A stretch of 64,000 bases of DNA, from contig CAINOC010000036.1 of NCBI GenBank assembly GCA_903851385.1, positions 13,273-77,272 on the forward strand, read 5' to 3'. This stretch comes from an uncultured Chlorobiaceae bacterium (GTDB lineage: Bacteria; Bacteroidota; Chlorobiia; Chlorobiales; Chlorobiaceae). Shown here piece by piece: positions 55,345 through 64,000 of this stretch (position 1 is its first letter; every line of letters begins with the position of its first letter). Under the pieces are notes generated by a model. The model ran no database searches, had not been told where the DNA came from, and saw only the letters and a program-made list of their open reading frames with translations. Position numbers and translations under genes: made by a program.

Positions 55345-58300
55345 ATGACCATAAGAACAGGCATTGATAGAGTGAAACCAATAACGGGCACCCCCCGCGA
55401 AATACCGTTTAATTATACCTCTGCCGGCGACAGTCAGGCGATATCGTTTTTGCTGGGACCGAATATCGTTCGGATTCTTGACGAACTGCGTGATCTGCGG
55501 GTTACAGGCCGCTCGGCACGTTTGCTCATGGGTATTATCGGAGAGATTCTTATTCATCGCCGCAATCCCTACCTTTTTCAGGAACTTGTTGATTCTGCCG
55601 CTCGTCGAAAGCGTCTTTTTGAAAGGGCATTTCACGAGCTTGATATCATCTCTGATATGGCAAATGGTGAAATTCGGGTATCAGCTATTGTTGTTGCGGT
55701 GCGAGAGCAACTTGAGCGCTTCCGCTCTGCAGTTGAAAAAACACCGGAGCTTCGCCGTCGTATGAAGAGGGAGCTGGGAGCGGTTGCAGGAGTTAAAAAT
55801 GTCCTTTTTGACCCATTTTCCCTTGCAGCTCACGCTACTGATGCTACTGACTGGAGGCTTCATCTTCCAGTTGCTGTTGTTACCCCTGATCAGGAGTCGC
55901 AGGTGGCACCTCTCATTACAGCAATTGCCGGGCTTGGCCTCCACATCATTCCCCGCGGTGCAGGAACGGGGCTCACGGGTGGAGCTGTTCCTTTGAGATC
56001 GAGGTGTGTGATCATCAACATGGAAAAAATGAACCACATCAAGGGTATCTCGGTTCGGGATTTTCAGCTTGAAAACGGTCAGATATCCCAGGCTTCAGTC
56101 ATTGAAGTTGAAGCTGGAGTGGTCACTGAAAAGGCGATGGAGGAGGCTGACGAGCATGGGCTTGTATTTGCTACCGACCCGACAAGTGAATGGTCTTGCA
56201 CCATAGGTGGCAATATTGCCGAAAATGCGGGCGGCAAGATGGCTGTACGATGGGGCACCTGTATTGATAACCTGCTGGAGTGGAGGATGGCAATGCCGTC
56301 CGGTGAAAACTGGACGGTAAAACGTGTTGATCACCGTCTAAGGAAAATCCTGCATGAGGATACCGTTATTTTCGAGGTATGGAATCAATCGGGCAAGCGA
56401 ATTGATCGCATTGAGCTGCTTGGAACCGATATCCGCAAAAAAGGACTGTGGAAAGATATTACCAATAAAGCGCTTGGTGGAGTGCCGGGCCTTCAGAAAG
56501 AGGGAACTGACGGGGTGATTACCTCGGCTGTTTTTGTGCTTTATCCAAAGTATCCTGAAAAGAGAACTCTCTGTCTTGAGTTTTTCGGGCCTGACATGGA
56601 TGAGGCAAGCCGGGTGATTCTTGAGCTTTCTAAAATCTTTCCGCTCTATTCGGAGAATAAAGAAGCTCTGCTGGCGCTGGAGCATTTTGATGATGAATAT
56701 ATAAGGGCTATCGACTACAAGGTAAAGGCACCAAGGGCTCAGACTCCGAAAGCCGTGCTTCTCATCGATATAGCCGGTAATTCATCCAGAGAGGTTGAGA
56801 GCGGTATTGAACGTTTACAAACTCTCCTCAAGCATCATCCCAATACCATGATGTTTCTGGCAAGAGACAATGCTGATGCTGTTCGTTTCTGGGCAGATCG
56901 TAAAAAACTTGGTGCGATTGCAAGGAGAACCAATGCGTTTAAGCTCAACGAGGACATTGTCATCCCTCTTGAAGCGCTTGCCGTTTTTTCCCGATTTATC
57001 GACGAGCTCAATATTACTGAGGAACGATATGCGCAGCATTGCTTTGTAGAACGTTCACGCACTATTTTTGCTACGACAGACGTTAACGAAGATGGTGGGC
57101 GGTTTGCCTCTAAAATTCCAGCAGGACTTGAGCTTTGCCGTCTATTCGATGAAAAAATTTTACTGGCGCCTGAAGATTCACTGCGTTCTCTTGAAATTGT
57201 TCAAGAACTTGGCAATGAACTTGGCGAACTGGTGCAGGGGTATCCTGAAATGCAGGAGGCCTTTGAAAAAGCATATACGTATGTTCGCGACAGGCGTATA
57301 GTGCTTGCTACACACATGCATGCAGGCGATGGCAATGTTCATGTCAATGTACCGGTGCTTTCCAATGACAGGCCGATGCTTGAACGAGCCGACAAGGTGA
57401 TTGACAATGTCATGGAAAAAGTTGTTTCACTCGGCGGCGTCGTGTCGGGAGAGCACGGTATCGGTGTAACCAAGCTGAAGTACCTCGATCCTGCTATTGT
57501 TGAACAACTTTCAATATATCGTCGCAAGGTGGATCCTAAAGGGATTATGAATCCCGGAAAGCTTGAAGATTATGAGGCTCTTGACCACATTTTTACTCCG
57601 TCGTTCAATTTGCTTGAACTAGAGGCGCATATACTCAGGCGAGCCCAGATTGAAGAGCTTTCAAAAAAGGTTGACTACTGCATACGGTGTGGTAAGTGCA
57701 AGACTGATTGCTGTGTTTACTATCCCTCTCGGGGAATGTTTTACCATCCGAGAAACAAGAATCTTGCGATTGGCTCATTGATTGAAGCGCTGCTTTTTGA
57801 TGCCCAGCGTGAGCGTTCTACTGATTTTGAGTTACTGAAGTGGCTGGAAGAGGTTGCCGATCACTGTACAATTTGCCATAAATGCCTTAAGCCTTGTCCG
57901 GTGGATATCGACAGTGGTGAGGTTTCGGTGCTGGAGCGTGAAATTCTTTCAGAATGGGGGTACAAACACTCTTCACCCATCACAGAACTGACCTTGAGAT
58001 ATCTCGATAGTCGTTCCCCTGTTTTTAATGCGATATTCCGCAGAACTGTTCTCAGGATCGGCGGTGCAGTTCAGCGTGCAGGAAATAAACTTTCAGCATC
58101 AATGCAGCCGGAACTTGATTCGCCGGATCTTTATCCTTTAAGGCTTCTTCGTTCGCCCGTGCCGCCAGTGCCCGAAGAGACCCTGCGCGATATTCTTCCA
58201 GAGTGTGCTTCTGACCAGGTGATTGTTTTTGAGCCTTCCGGAGAGGTAAAAAGTAACGTTTTTTATTTTCCCGGCTGTGGTTCCGAGCGCATGAATTCTT

Positions 58301-59001
58301 CAATCTCGATGGCGGCAATTCATGTGCTGCTTGAGCTTGGTGTAAGGATTGTGTTGCCGCCACCGTTTCTCTGCTGTGGATTTCCTGCTCATGTCAATGC
58401 CAAGACAGATCAGTATTCAAGTATTGTCCTTCGAAATACCGTGATGTTCAGTCAGATTAGGGAGATGTTTTCCTACCTTGATTTTGATGCTTGCGTTGTC
58501 ACATGCGGCACCTGTATGGAGGGGCTTGATGCTATTGAAACCGGCAAGCTTTTCGGAGGGAAAATTATTGATATTGCAGCATATGCTCTTGAAAAAGGTC
58601 TGAAGCTGGATGGCAATAGAGAATACCTTTACCATGCTCCCTGCCATGATTCTCTTTCCGGTAAAGCGCGTCAAACTCTTAGTAATATTGGAGGCTTCGG
58701 GAATATAACTGCAGTGCCGCATTGCTGCTCAGAGGCTGGTACACTGGCATTGTCACGGCCCGATATTACCGATTCCATGCTGCACCGCAAAAGAGATGCC
58801 ATTAATGCAGTTATGCACGGAAAAGAAAACGCAGTCATATTGACCAATTGCCCATCCTGTGTACAGGGACTTGGGAGAAATCTTGATCTTGGTATTAAAC
58901 CTCGGCATATTGTTGTTCAGCTGGCTGAAATACTTTCAGGTACTGGATGGGTGGATATCATGAAAAAACAGGTACAAAATGGATCAGTACTCACCTTTTA
59001 G
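55345..59001 (+). CDS. Large FAD-linked oxidase / Fe-S oxidoreductase (GlcD+GlcF-like fusion)
   Basis: PRGAGTGLTGG, IGGNIAENAGG, HAGDGNVH, SGEHGIG, MNPGK; CIRCGKC and CTICHKCLKPCP; Cys-rich CCG motifs. Confidence 0.85.
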   Translation: MTIRTGIDRVKPITGTPREIPFNYTSAGDSQAISFLLGPNIVRILDELRDLRVTGRSARLLMGIIGEILIHRRNPYLFQELVDSAARRKRLFERAFHELDIISDMANGEIRVSAIVVAVREQLERFRSAVEKTPELRRRMKRELGAVAGVKNVLFDPFSLAAHATDATDWRLHLPVAVVTPDQESQVAPLITAIAGLGLHIIPRGAGTGLTGGAVPLRSRCVIINMEKMNHIKGISVRDFQLENGQISQASVIEVEAGVVTEKAMEEADEHGLVFATDPTSEWSCTIGGNIAENAGGKMAVRWGTCIDNLLEWRMAMPSGENWTVKRVDHRLRKILHEDTVIFEVWNQSGKRIDRIELLGTDIRKKGLWKDITNKALGGVPGLQKEGTDGVITSAVFVLYPKYPEKRTLCLEFFGPDMDEASRVILELSKIFPLYSENKEALLALEHFDDEYIRAIDYKVKAPRAQTPKAVLLIDIAGNSSREVESGIERLQTLLKHHPNTMMFLARDNADAVRFWADRKKLGAIARRTNAFKLNEDIVIPLEALAVFSRFIDELNITEERYAQHCFVERSRTIFATTDVNEDGGRFASKIPAGLELCRLFDEKILLAPEDSLRSLEIVQELGNELGELVQGYPEMQEAFEKAYTYVRDRRIVLATHMHAGDGNVHVNVPVLSNDRPMLERADKVIDNVMEKVVSLGGVVSGEHGIGVTKLKYLDPAIVEQLSIYRRKVDPKGIMNPGKLEDYEALDHIFTPSFNLLELEAHILRRAQIEELSKKVDYCIRCGKCKTDCCVYYPSRGMFYHPRNKNLAIGSLIEALLFDAQRERSTDFELLKWLEEVADHCTICHKCLKPCPVDIDSGEVSVLEREILSEWGYKHSSPITELTLRYLDSRSPVFNAIFRRTVLRIGGAVQRAGNKLSASMQPELDSPDLYPLRLLRSPVPPVPEETLRDILPECASDQVIVFEPSGEVKSNVFYFPGCGSERMNSSISMAAIHVLLELGVRIVLPPPFLCCGFPAHVNAKTDQYSSIVLRNTVMFSQIREMFSYLDFDACVVTCGTCMEGLDAIETGKLFGGKIIDIAAYALEKGLKLDGNREYLYHAPCHDSLSGKARQTLSNIGGFGNITAVPHCCSEAGTLALSRPDITDSMLHRKRDAINAVMHGKENAVILTNCPSCVQGLGRNLDLGIKPRHIVVQLAEILSGTGWVDIMKKQVQNGSVLTF

Positions 59002-59164
59002 ATATTGATACTGCTTAATTTTCGTAAATATATCTTGATCAGATAAAATTACAGCAATACTTTTTTTTTGATATTCTCTGAGATTCCTAAAAAAGTACAA
59101 TATACGAATGTTTGTTAATTAGACATACTTCTGAATTTCACCATTTAATAACAGGAAAAGAACT

Positions 59165-59647
59165 ATGAGAAAATCAATCTGGCTTGCAGCAGGAATTGCA
59201 GGGCTATTTTTAGGTAATCCCCTTACTGATGCACAAGCAGAAGTCGGTATTCGTATCGGGGATGTTCGTTTAGGCATTGGCGACAGGCCTCACTTTGTTA
59301 TCGATACACGTCCGAGCTTTATTTACCTCCAGGATCAGGGCTTTTCAGTATCAGTAGGTAGTCCTTACGATATAATTTATTACGGAGACTTGTATTATCT
59401 CTATCGTGATGGTAGCTGGTACCGTTCTTCACACTACCGAGGACCGTGGGATGTAGTTCGGGAACGTAATCTTCCTTCCAAAATAAGAGGCCGTCGCTGG
59501 GATGATCTCAGGAGATATCGTGACATTGAGTACCGCAGGCATGACCGCAGTTACTGGGAAGACAGAGACCGCAATGATCGGGAGCGTTATGACAGAGAAC
59601 CACGCCGTGATGATCGCCGTAGGGATGAGAGGGATCGAAGACCTTAA
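59165..59647 (+). CDS. Secreted hypothetical protein with Arg/Asp-rich tail
   Basis: Signal peptide ending AQA; aromatic-rich core; low-complexity R/D/E C-terminus. Confidence 0.7.
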   Translation: MRKSIWLAAGIAGLFLGNPLTDAQAEVGIRIGDVRLGIGDRPHFVIDTRPSFIYLQDQGFSVSVGSPYDIIYYGDLYYLYRDGSWYRSSHYRGPWDVVRERNLPSKIRGRRWDDLRRYRDIEYRRHDRSYWEDRDRNDRERYDREPRRDDRRRDERDRRP

Positions 59648-59675
59648 GTGATCCGTTAGCTTAAAGACCGTTAAG

Positions 59676-59705
59676 AGGGAGCTGACACATTAGCTCCCTT
59701 TTTTT
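59676..59705 (+). terminator. Rho-independent terminator
   Basis: AGGGAGCT-gacacatt-AGCTCCCT followed by a T run. Confidence 0.8.
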
Positions 59706-59871
59706 ATGGCGCCACACTCCATCCCTAACATTATTGCTCATCCATCCATTGGTAACACTGGATTATCCGGAGAATTACTGCCCCTTTTCTGATATGCATC
59801 GAATAAATCCCTGATAGTCGTACATTTAAGAAAGAATAGTAGATAGACATAATAAAAACGAGGGGAGTGCA

Positions 59872-60045
59872 ATGAGTATTTCGTCAAAACTGCAACTTGC
59901 TGCGGATGCAATAGAGGATGCAAAAAAACGCCTCAACAGAGCCAAAGATGATGCTGATGATGATTATGAGATACGTCAGGCTTTGAAAATTCTTGAGGAT
60001 GCTCTTGACTACATTCGCGGAGCATCTTCAGAACTCCAGAAGTAG
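59872..60045 (+). CDS. 57-aa helical hypothetical protein (below the ORF-track cutoff)
   Basis: MSISSKLQLAADAIEDAKKRLNRAKDDADDDYEIRQALKILEDALDYIRGASSELQK; strong RBS GAGGGGAG; 9 nt before the next gene. Confidence 0.7.
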   Translation: MSISSKLQLAADAIEDAKKRLNRAKDDADDDYEIRQALKILEDALDYIRGASSELQK

Positions 60046-60054
60046 CAGGGGAGA

Positions 60055-60639
60055 ATGAGCTCTATTGAAAAACCAGCGACAGTTATTGGCGTTGATCTTG
60101 ATGGCGTCTGTGCAGATTTTTACGGGCGAATGAGGGAGATTGCTTCTGAGTGGTTTGAATGTCCGCTTGATCAGCTTTCCGGAGAGGTATCCTACGGTAT
60201 GACCGAGTGGGGTGTTGCCGGAACAAGCCAGTATGAAAGTCTGCACCGTTTCGCTGTGACGCAGCGGGAACTTTTTAAAACCATGCGGATGATTCCCGGA
60301 GCCCGAAAATACCTTCGTATGCTTTCCGATGAGGGGTATCGTATCCGGATTATTACCCACAGACTTTTTATTCATTATTTCCATGCCTCGGCCGTTCAGC
60401 AGACTGTTGAATGGCTTGACAGTCACGGAATTCCATATTGGGATCTCTGTTTTATGAAGGAAAAGGCGCAGGTTGGTGCCGATATCTATGTCGAAGATGC
60501 GCCCGACAATGTTACTCAACTCAGGGAAAAGGGATTGTATACCATTTGCTTTGCAAACAGCACCAATCTCCATATCAGCAGCCCGAGAGCTGCATCATGG
60601 AAGGAGGTGTACGATATGGTGAGGATGTACCGGCCTTAA
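60055..60639 (+). CDS. 5'(3')-deoxyribonucleotidase-like HAD phosphatase
   Basis: GVDLDGV, IITHR, K...ADIYVEDAP. Confidence 0.82.
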   Translation: MSSIEKPATVIGVDLDGVCADFYGRMREIASEWFECPLDQLSGEVSYGMTEWGVAGTSQYESLHRFAVTQRELFKTMRMIPGARKYLRMLSDEGYRIRIITHRLFIHYFHASAVQQTVEWLDSHGIPYWDLCFMKEKAQVGADIYVEDAPDNVTQLREKGLYTICFANSTNLHISSPRAASWKEVYDMVRMYRP

Positions 60640-60640
60640 A

Positions 60641-61822
60641 TCAGCGTGTTACGTAAAAACAGGCAAACTTGAGATAGCTTGTTTCCGGCATGGCAAGCAG
60701 TACTGGATGATCGAAGGGCTGTGAGTTTTTGTGAATTAACCTGAGTTGACACCCAGCCGAAAGAGCCGCCTGATGCACAGATTGCAGAAAGTCCTCTTCT
60801 GAAACATGATGACTGCACGAGGCTGTTGCCAGAAACCCCCCGCTTTTCACTAACTGAAGCCCAAGCTTATTAAGTCTTTTGTAGGCCTTAAGGGCACCAG
60901 GAAGGTTTTTACGGCTTTTGGTGAAGCTTGGCGGATCCAGAACAACAAGATTAAATGACTCCTTCGACTCAACCATCTGATCGAGGGTATCAAATGCATC
61001 TGCTGCTACGAGGCTGTATTCTCTGAATTGATTCAGCTGAGCATTACGATCTGCTCTCTGCAGTGCTTCCTTGGATGCATCAATAAGAATGGCAGAATGG
61101 GCCCCTCCGTAAAGTGCATTAAGCGCAAAGCCACCGTCATTGGTAAAAACGTCAAGTACCTCAGCGTTTTCAGCAAACTTTCTGATAATTCTGCGGTTTT
61201 CACGCTGGTCAAGGAAAAAGCCGGTTTTCTGTCCCTCAAAAAGATTAACCTCATACGTTATTCCAGCATCGTGGATAGTCTGTACTGTTTCTGACTTTTC
61301 TCCACGGACAATATCTTTGTAAAGCGGCAGGCCCTCAAGCTCTCTCAACGGAGATTCATTGCGAACGATAATAACCGTCGGATTCAATAATTCCTGCAAG
61401 ACATCACAGATCAGCTGAATATGAATATCCATACCGGCTGAAAAAGCCTGTAACACGATTGCCTGATTGAAGCGGTCAACAATCAACCCGGGGAGACCAT
61501 CCGATTCGCCATGAACAAGACGATAGGCATTAGTTTCATCATTTCTGTAGATTATTTCACGAAGCTTGAGGGCTTCAAGAAATTTTTTTCTGAAGAACTC
61601 CTTGTCCGGTTGTTCATCTTTGCTGCTTATCAGTCTTACAGAGATCAGAGAGTGAGGGTTGTAAAAACCTGTTCCCAGAAACTTTTTGTCGTGGGTAAAG
61701 AGCTTTACGGTTTCACCGGAGGCTATATCTCGCGGAACGCTTGCCAGTTCATTGCTGAATACCCATAAATGGCCTTTCTGGATTCTGTGGTGTTCTTTTG
61801 GTCTAAGATAGAGGGATTGCAT
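60641..61822 (-). CDS. PUA-domain class I SAM-dependent rRNA methyltransferase (RlmI/YccW-like)
   Basis: [49 protein letters not shown]. Confidence 0.88.
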   Translation of the reverse strand: MQSLYLRPKEHHRIQKGHLWVFSNELASVPRDIASGETVKLFTHDKKFLGTGFYNPHSLISVRLISSKDEQPDKEFFRKKFLEALKLREIIYRNDETNAYRLVHGESDGLPGLIVDRFNQAIVLQAFSAGMDIHIQLICDVLQELLNPTVIIVRNESPLRELEGLPLYKDIVRGEKSETVQTIHDAGITYEVNLFEGQKTGFFLDQRENRRIIRKFAENAEVLDVFTNDGGFALNALYGGAHSAILIDASKEALQRADRNAQLNQFREYSLVAADAFDTLDQMVESKESFNLVVLDPPSFTKSRKNLPGALKAYKRLNKLGLQLVKSGGFLATASCSHHVSEEDFLQSVHQAALSAGCQLRLIHKNSQPFDHPVLLAMPETSYLKFACFYVTR

Positions 61823-62048
61823 TGCTTATTAATGGCTTGTAGTTTTGATGGTGTTATATTTTACTTTAACATCAGTTTGAATGTAAAATGCAACTGTTTC
61901 GTTCATGATGAAAGGCCTGTTCAGTTGAAAGCTTCGAACCTGCCGGATTAAGAACCTGATGCAATGTGCAGCAAAAGCGATGATTCTCAAAGGAAAATAA
62001 ATGCATGTGGTACGGAATTGAGACTGAAAAATATTAAGGATTGAAACG

Positions 62049-62906
62049 ATGAAGCGAAAGGGAATAGTGTTGTTGGTAATGTTCATGCTGATTTTGGGCG
62101 GAGGGTGTGCTGATTTCAGAACAGTGGGACGCCAGGAATTAACAGGTGAACAGGTTGCACTGACTGCTGAACAAGCTGCATTGTTTCGTGAAGTTGCCAA
62201 GGCATCTCCGATTATCCAGTCGCTCGATGGCTACGCAGATGTCTGGATAAAAACCCCGAAACGTCAGAATCGTGTTTTCTGTAACATTCGGGTCAACAGG
62301 GGACGTGAAGCCCGTCTTATTGTCAGCGCTGGATTGCTCGGATGGCCGGTTGCGGATATGTTTTTCAGCACAGATTCACTCTATGTGCATGATATGCTTA
62401 ATAACCGCCTTTTTCTCGGTAGTAATAACGATCTGAATCTTGAAAAAATTATTGGAGTGAATTCCGGATTTCCGCTTCTGTCGGAAACTCTTTTAGGAGT
62501 GATAAATATCACCGAGCCGTTAAGCGCAATAAGTTCTGTTAAACAAGGTTCAGAAACCTTAATATTTACCATTGCCACTCGTGGGGGCAGTAAAGATGTA
62601 GTTATCAATCCAGCCAACAGGACACTTTCTGCTCTTCTTATAAAGAACCGTCAGGGAAAACCAACAACTGAAATCCATTTCAAGAATTACGAGACAATAG
62701 TGATTAATGGACAAAGTACTCTCGTTCCCAAAGAGATTGAGATGGTTCTCTATAACAGCGGTGCTAATGGTATTGGTGAACATCAGTTGGTGATAGCTTA
62801 CGATGAACGGGTGTTTAATAAGATCGAGACTTCCCTCAGATTTTCGATGCCGAAAAATGTCAAGGTGGTCAATCTTGATGATGCGGATATTCTGCCATGG
62901 ATGTGA
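62049..62906 (+). CDS. DUF4292-like lipoprotein
   Basis: Lipobox LGGGC; beta-rich LolA/LolB-like pattern. Confidence 0.6.
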   Translation: MKRKGIVLLVMFMLILGGGCADFRTVGRQELTGEQVALTAEQAALFREVAKASPIIQSLDGYADVWIKTPKRQNRVFCNIRVNRGREARLIVSAGLLGWPVADMFFSTDSLYVHDMLNNRLFLGSNNDLNLEKIIGVNSGFPLLSETLLGVINITEPLSAISSVKQGSETLIFTIATRGGSKDVVINPANRTLSALLIKNRQGKPTTEIHFKNYETIVINGQSTLVPKEIEMVLYNSGANGIGEHQLVIAYDERVFNKIETSLRFSMPKNVKVVNLDDADILPWM

Positions 62907-62928
62907 GCTTGGCAGTCATTACATACAC

Positions 62929-62959
62929 AAAACAGGGCACCACAGTAGTGCCCTGTTTT
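62929..62959. terminator. Bidirectional terminator between convergent genes
   Basis: AAAACAGGGCAC-cacagta-GTGCCCTGTTTT, perfect 12-bp stem. Confidence 0.85.
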
Positions 62960-62991
62960 GTGTAGCATCGAAAGGAAATGGTGACGGCTGA

Positions 62992-63591
62992 CTATGCAGC
63001 GCTGAAGTTTTTGGCGGCAAACTCCCAGTTCAGCAGGTTATCAATTACAGATGCTACATAATCTGGGCGACGATTCTGAAAGTCAAGATAGTAAGCGTGC
63101 TCCCACACGTCAATGGTCAGTATTGGTTTCTGGCCGCTTGTTGCAGGGGTTTGTGCGTTACCTGTTTTAACTACTTTCAGCGTTCCGTTGTCGAGTACAA
63201 GCCATGCCCATCCACTACCAAATTGAGTTGCCGCAGCACTCTTGAGCTCTTCTTTGAACTTGTCGAAACTTCCGAAATCCTGAGTAATTTTTGCTGCGAG
63301 TTCCCCTGAAGGCTCCCCTCCACCATTGGGAGTAATGCTATTCCAGTAAAAAGAGTGGTTCCATGCCTGAGCGCCATTATTGAAAACTCCCACTTTCTCT
63401 GGGTCTGTGGCGGTCTTGGCAATCACCTCTTCAATGCTTAAGTCATCAAGAGGAGTCCCGGCAATCAGGTTGTTGTAGTTAGTTATATAGGCGACATGGT
63501 GCTTTCCATAGTGAAAGCCGATTGTTTTTGCGGAAATAAATGGCTCAAGTGCGTTTTCTGCATATCCAAGAGGAGGTTGCTGATAAGACAT
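62992..63591 (-). CDS. sodB: Fe-superoxide dismutase
   Basis: HYGKHH, NGAQAWNHSFYW (Fe-type Gln), FGSGWAW, DVWEHAYY. Confidence 0.93.
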   Translation of the reverse strand: MSYQQPPLGYAENALEPFISAKTIGFHYGKHHVAYITNYNNLIAGTPLDDLSIEEVIAKTATDPEKVGVFNNGAQAWNHSFYWNSITPNGGGEPSGELAAKITQDFGSFDKFKEELKSAAATQFGSGWAWLVLDNGTLKVVKTGNAQTPATSGQKPILTIDVWEHAYYLDFQNRRPDYVASVIDNLLNWEFAAKNFSAA

Positions 63592-63635
63592 AACGTATTG
63601 TAATTTAGAGTTTAAAAGTACCTGTACCTGCGATT

Positions 63636-63659
63636 CAAATTGCTTAAACTTGCAATTTG
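63636..63659. promoter_or_regulatory. Inverted repeat upstream of sodB, candidate operator
   Basis: CAAATTGC-N8-GCAATTTG, 45-68 bp upstream of the sodB start. Confidence 0.35.
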
Positions 63660-63759
63660 GCGATTAAGTTCACAATTTGTGTATTAAGTTGTAAAAATTA
63701 CTAAAATTCATTTTCACTACTTTACGTTGATCAAAAATAATAAAGGAGTCTCCGGGCAA

Positions 63760-64000
63760 ATGACATTGCGCGATATCTTCCGGGCATCTTTTTTTTGCCT
63801 TGTTCTCGGTTTTATACTTTTAGGGTGCACAGAAAAAAAATCTTTCACCCTTGACAAGGACGATATCCGTTTTGTAGGGTTCTATAGCGATTATCTTCTT
63901 CTCTCAGGAGTCCCTGGTGAAAAGGATACTGTTGTGCTTAATGCTCCCAACTCTGATGATATTAACGCCCTGCTTGTGCGTCACGCTCTTACCCGTGAGA
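63760..64000 (+). CDS. Partial lipoprotein (runs off the window)
   Basis: MTLRDIFRASFFCLVLGFILLGCTEKK... with lipobox LLGC; open to the window end. Confidence 0.65.
   Translation, partial: MTLRDIFRASFFCLVLGFILLGCTEKKSFTLDKDDIRFVGFYSDYLLLSGVPGEKDTVVLNAPNSDDINALLVRHALTRE

Noticed and set aside
1-64000. CRISPR array, tRNA, rRNA, integrase, transposase
   Set aside because: No regularly spaced 23-47 bp repeats, cloverleaf, rRNA-like sequence or recombinase ORF seen. The heptamer modules are too short and degenerate to be CRISPR.

Overview
Bacterial chromosomal window, probably from a green sulfur bacterium (Chlorobiaceae). This is inferred from the flanking core genes and codon style and was not confirmed by search. 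Bases ~284-48661 form one co-directional (+ strand) surface-polysaccharide locus of about 41 genes. In order it holds: an SLBB/Wza-like protein, Wzc, a PglF/CapD dehydratase and a PglK-like ABC flippase; a sialic acid block (neuABC, methyltransferase, WbuX/HisF/HisH-type amidotransferase trio, GT29-like transferase); a pseudaminic acid block (pseB, pseC, FemAB-like, aldo/keto reductase, cytidylyltransferase-aminotransferase fusion, pseG-pseH fusion, pseI, FkbM methyltransferase, HP-motif transferase); Wzy, tandem deacetylase-like paralogs, AsnB-like and ATP-grasp ligases, AT-rich glycosyltransferases, a PglC-like priming transferase and an O-acyltransferase; and a terminal EpsD/exosortase/EpsI module. 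Bases ~48963-64000 are mostly housekeeping genes (YdcF, cupin, orphan ftsA, recQ, DUF3127, exonuclease, SDR, FAD/Fe-S oxidoreductase, nucleotidase, RlmI-like, DUF4292, sodB). The most unusual signals are non-coding. One family of 7-nt-period repeat modules sits at three locus junctions, and the neighbouring coding sequence shows a local A/C third-codon-position skew that fades with distance. The right edge also carries a 96-bp IS21-type miniature element. No rRNA, tRNA, CRISPR array, transposase or integrase was seen.
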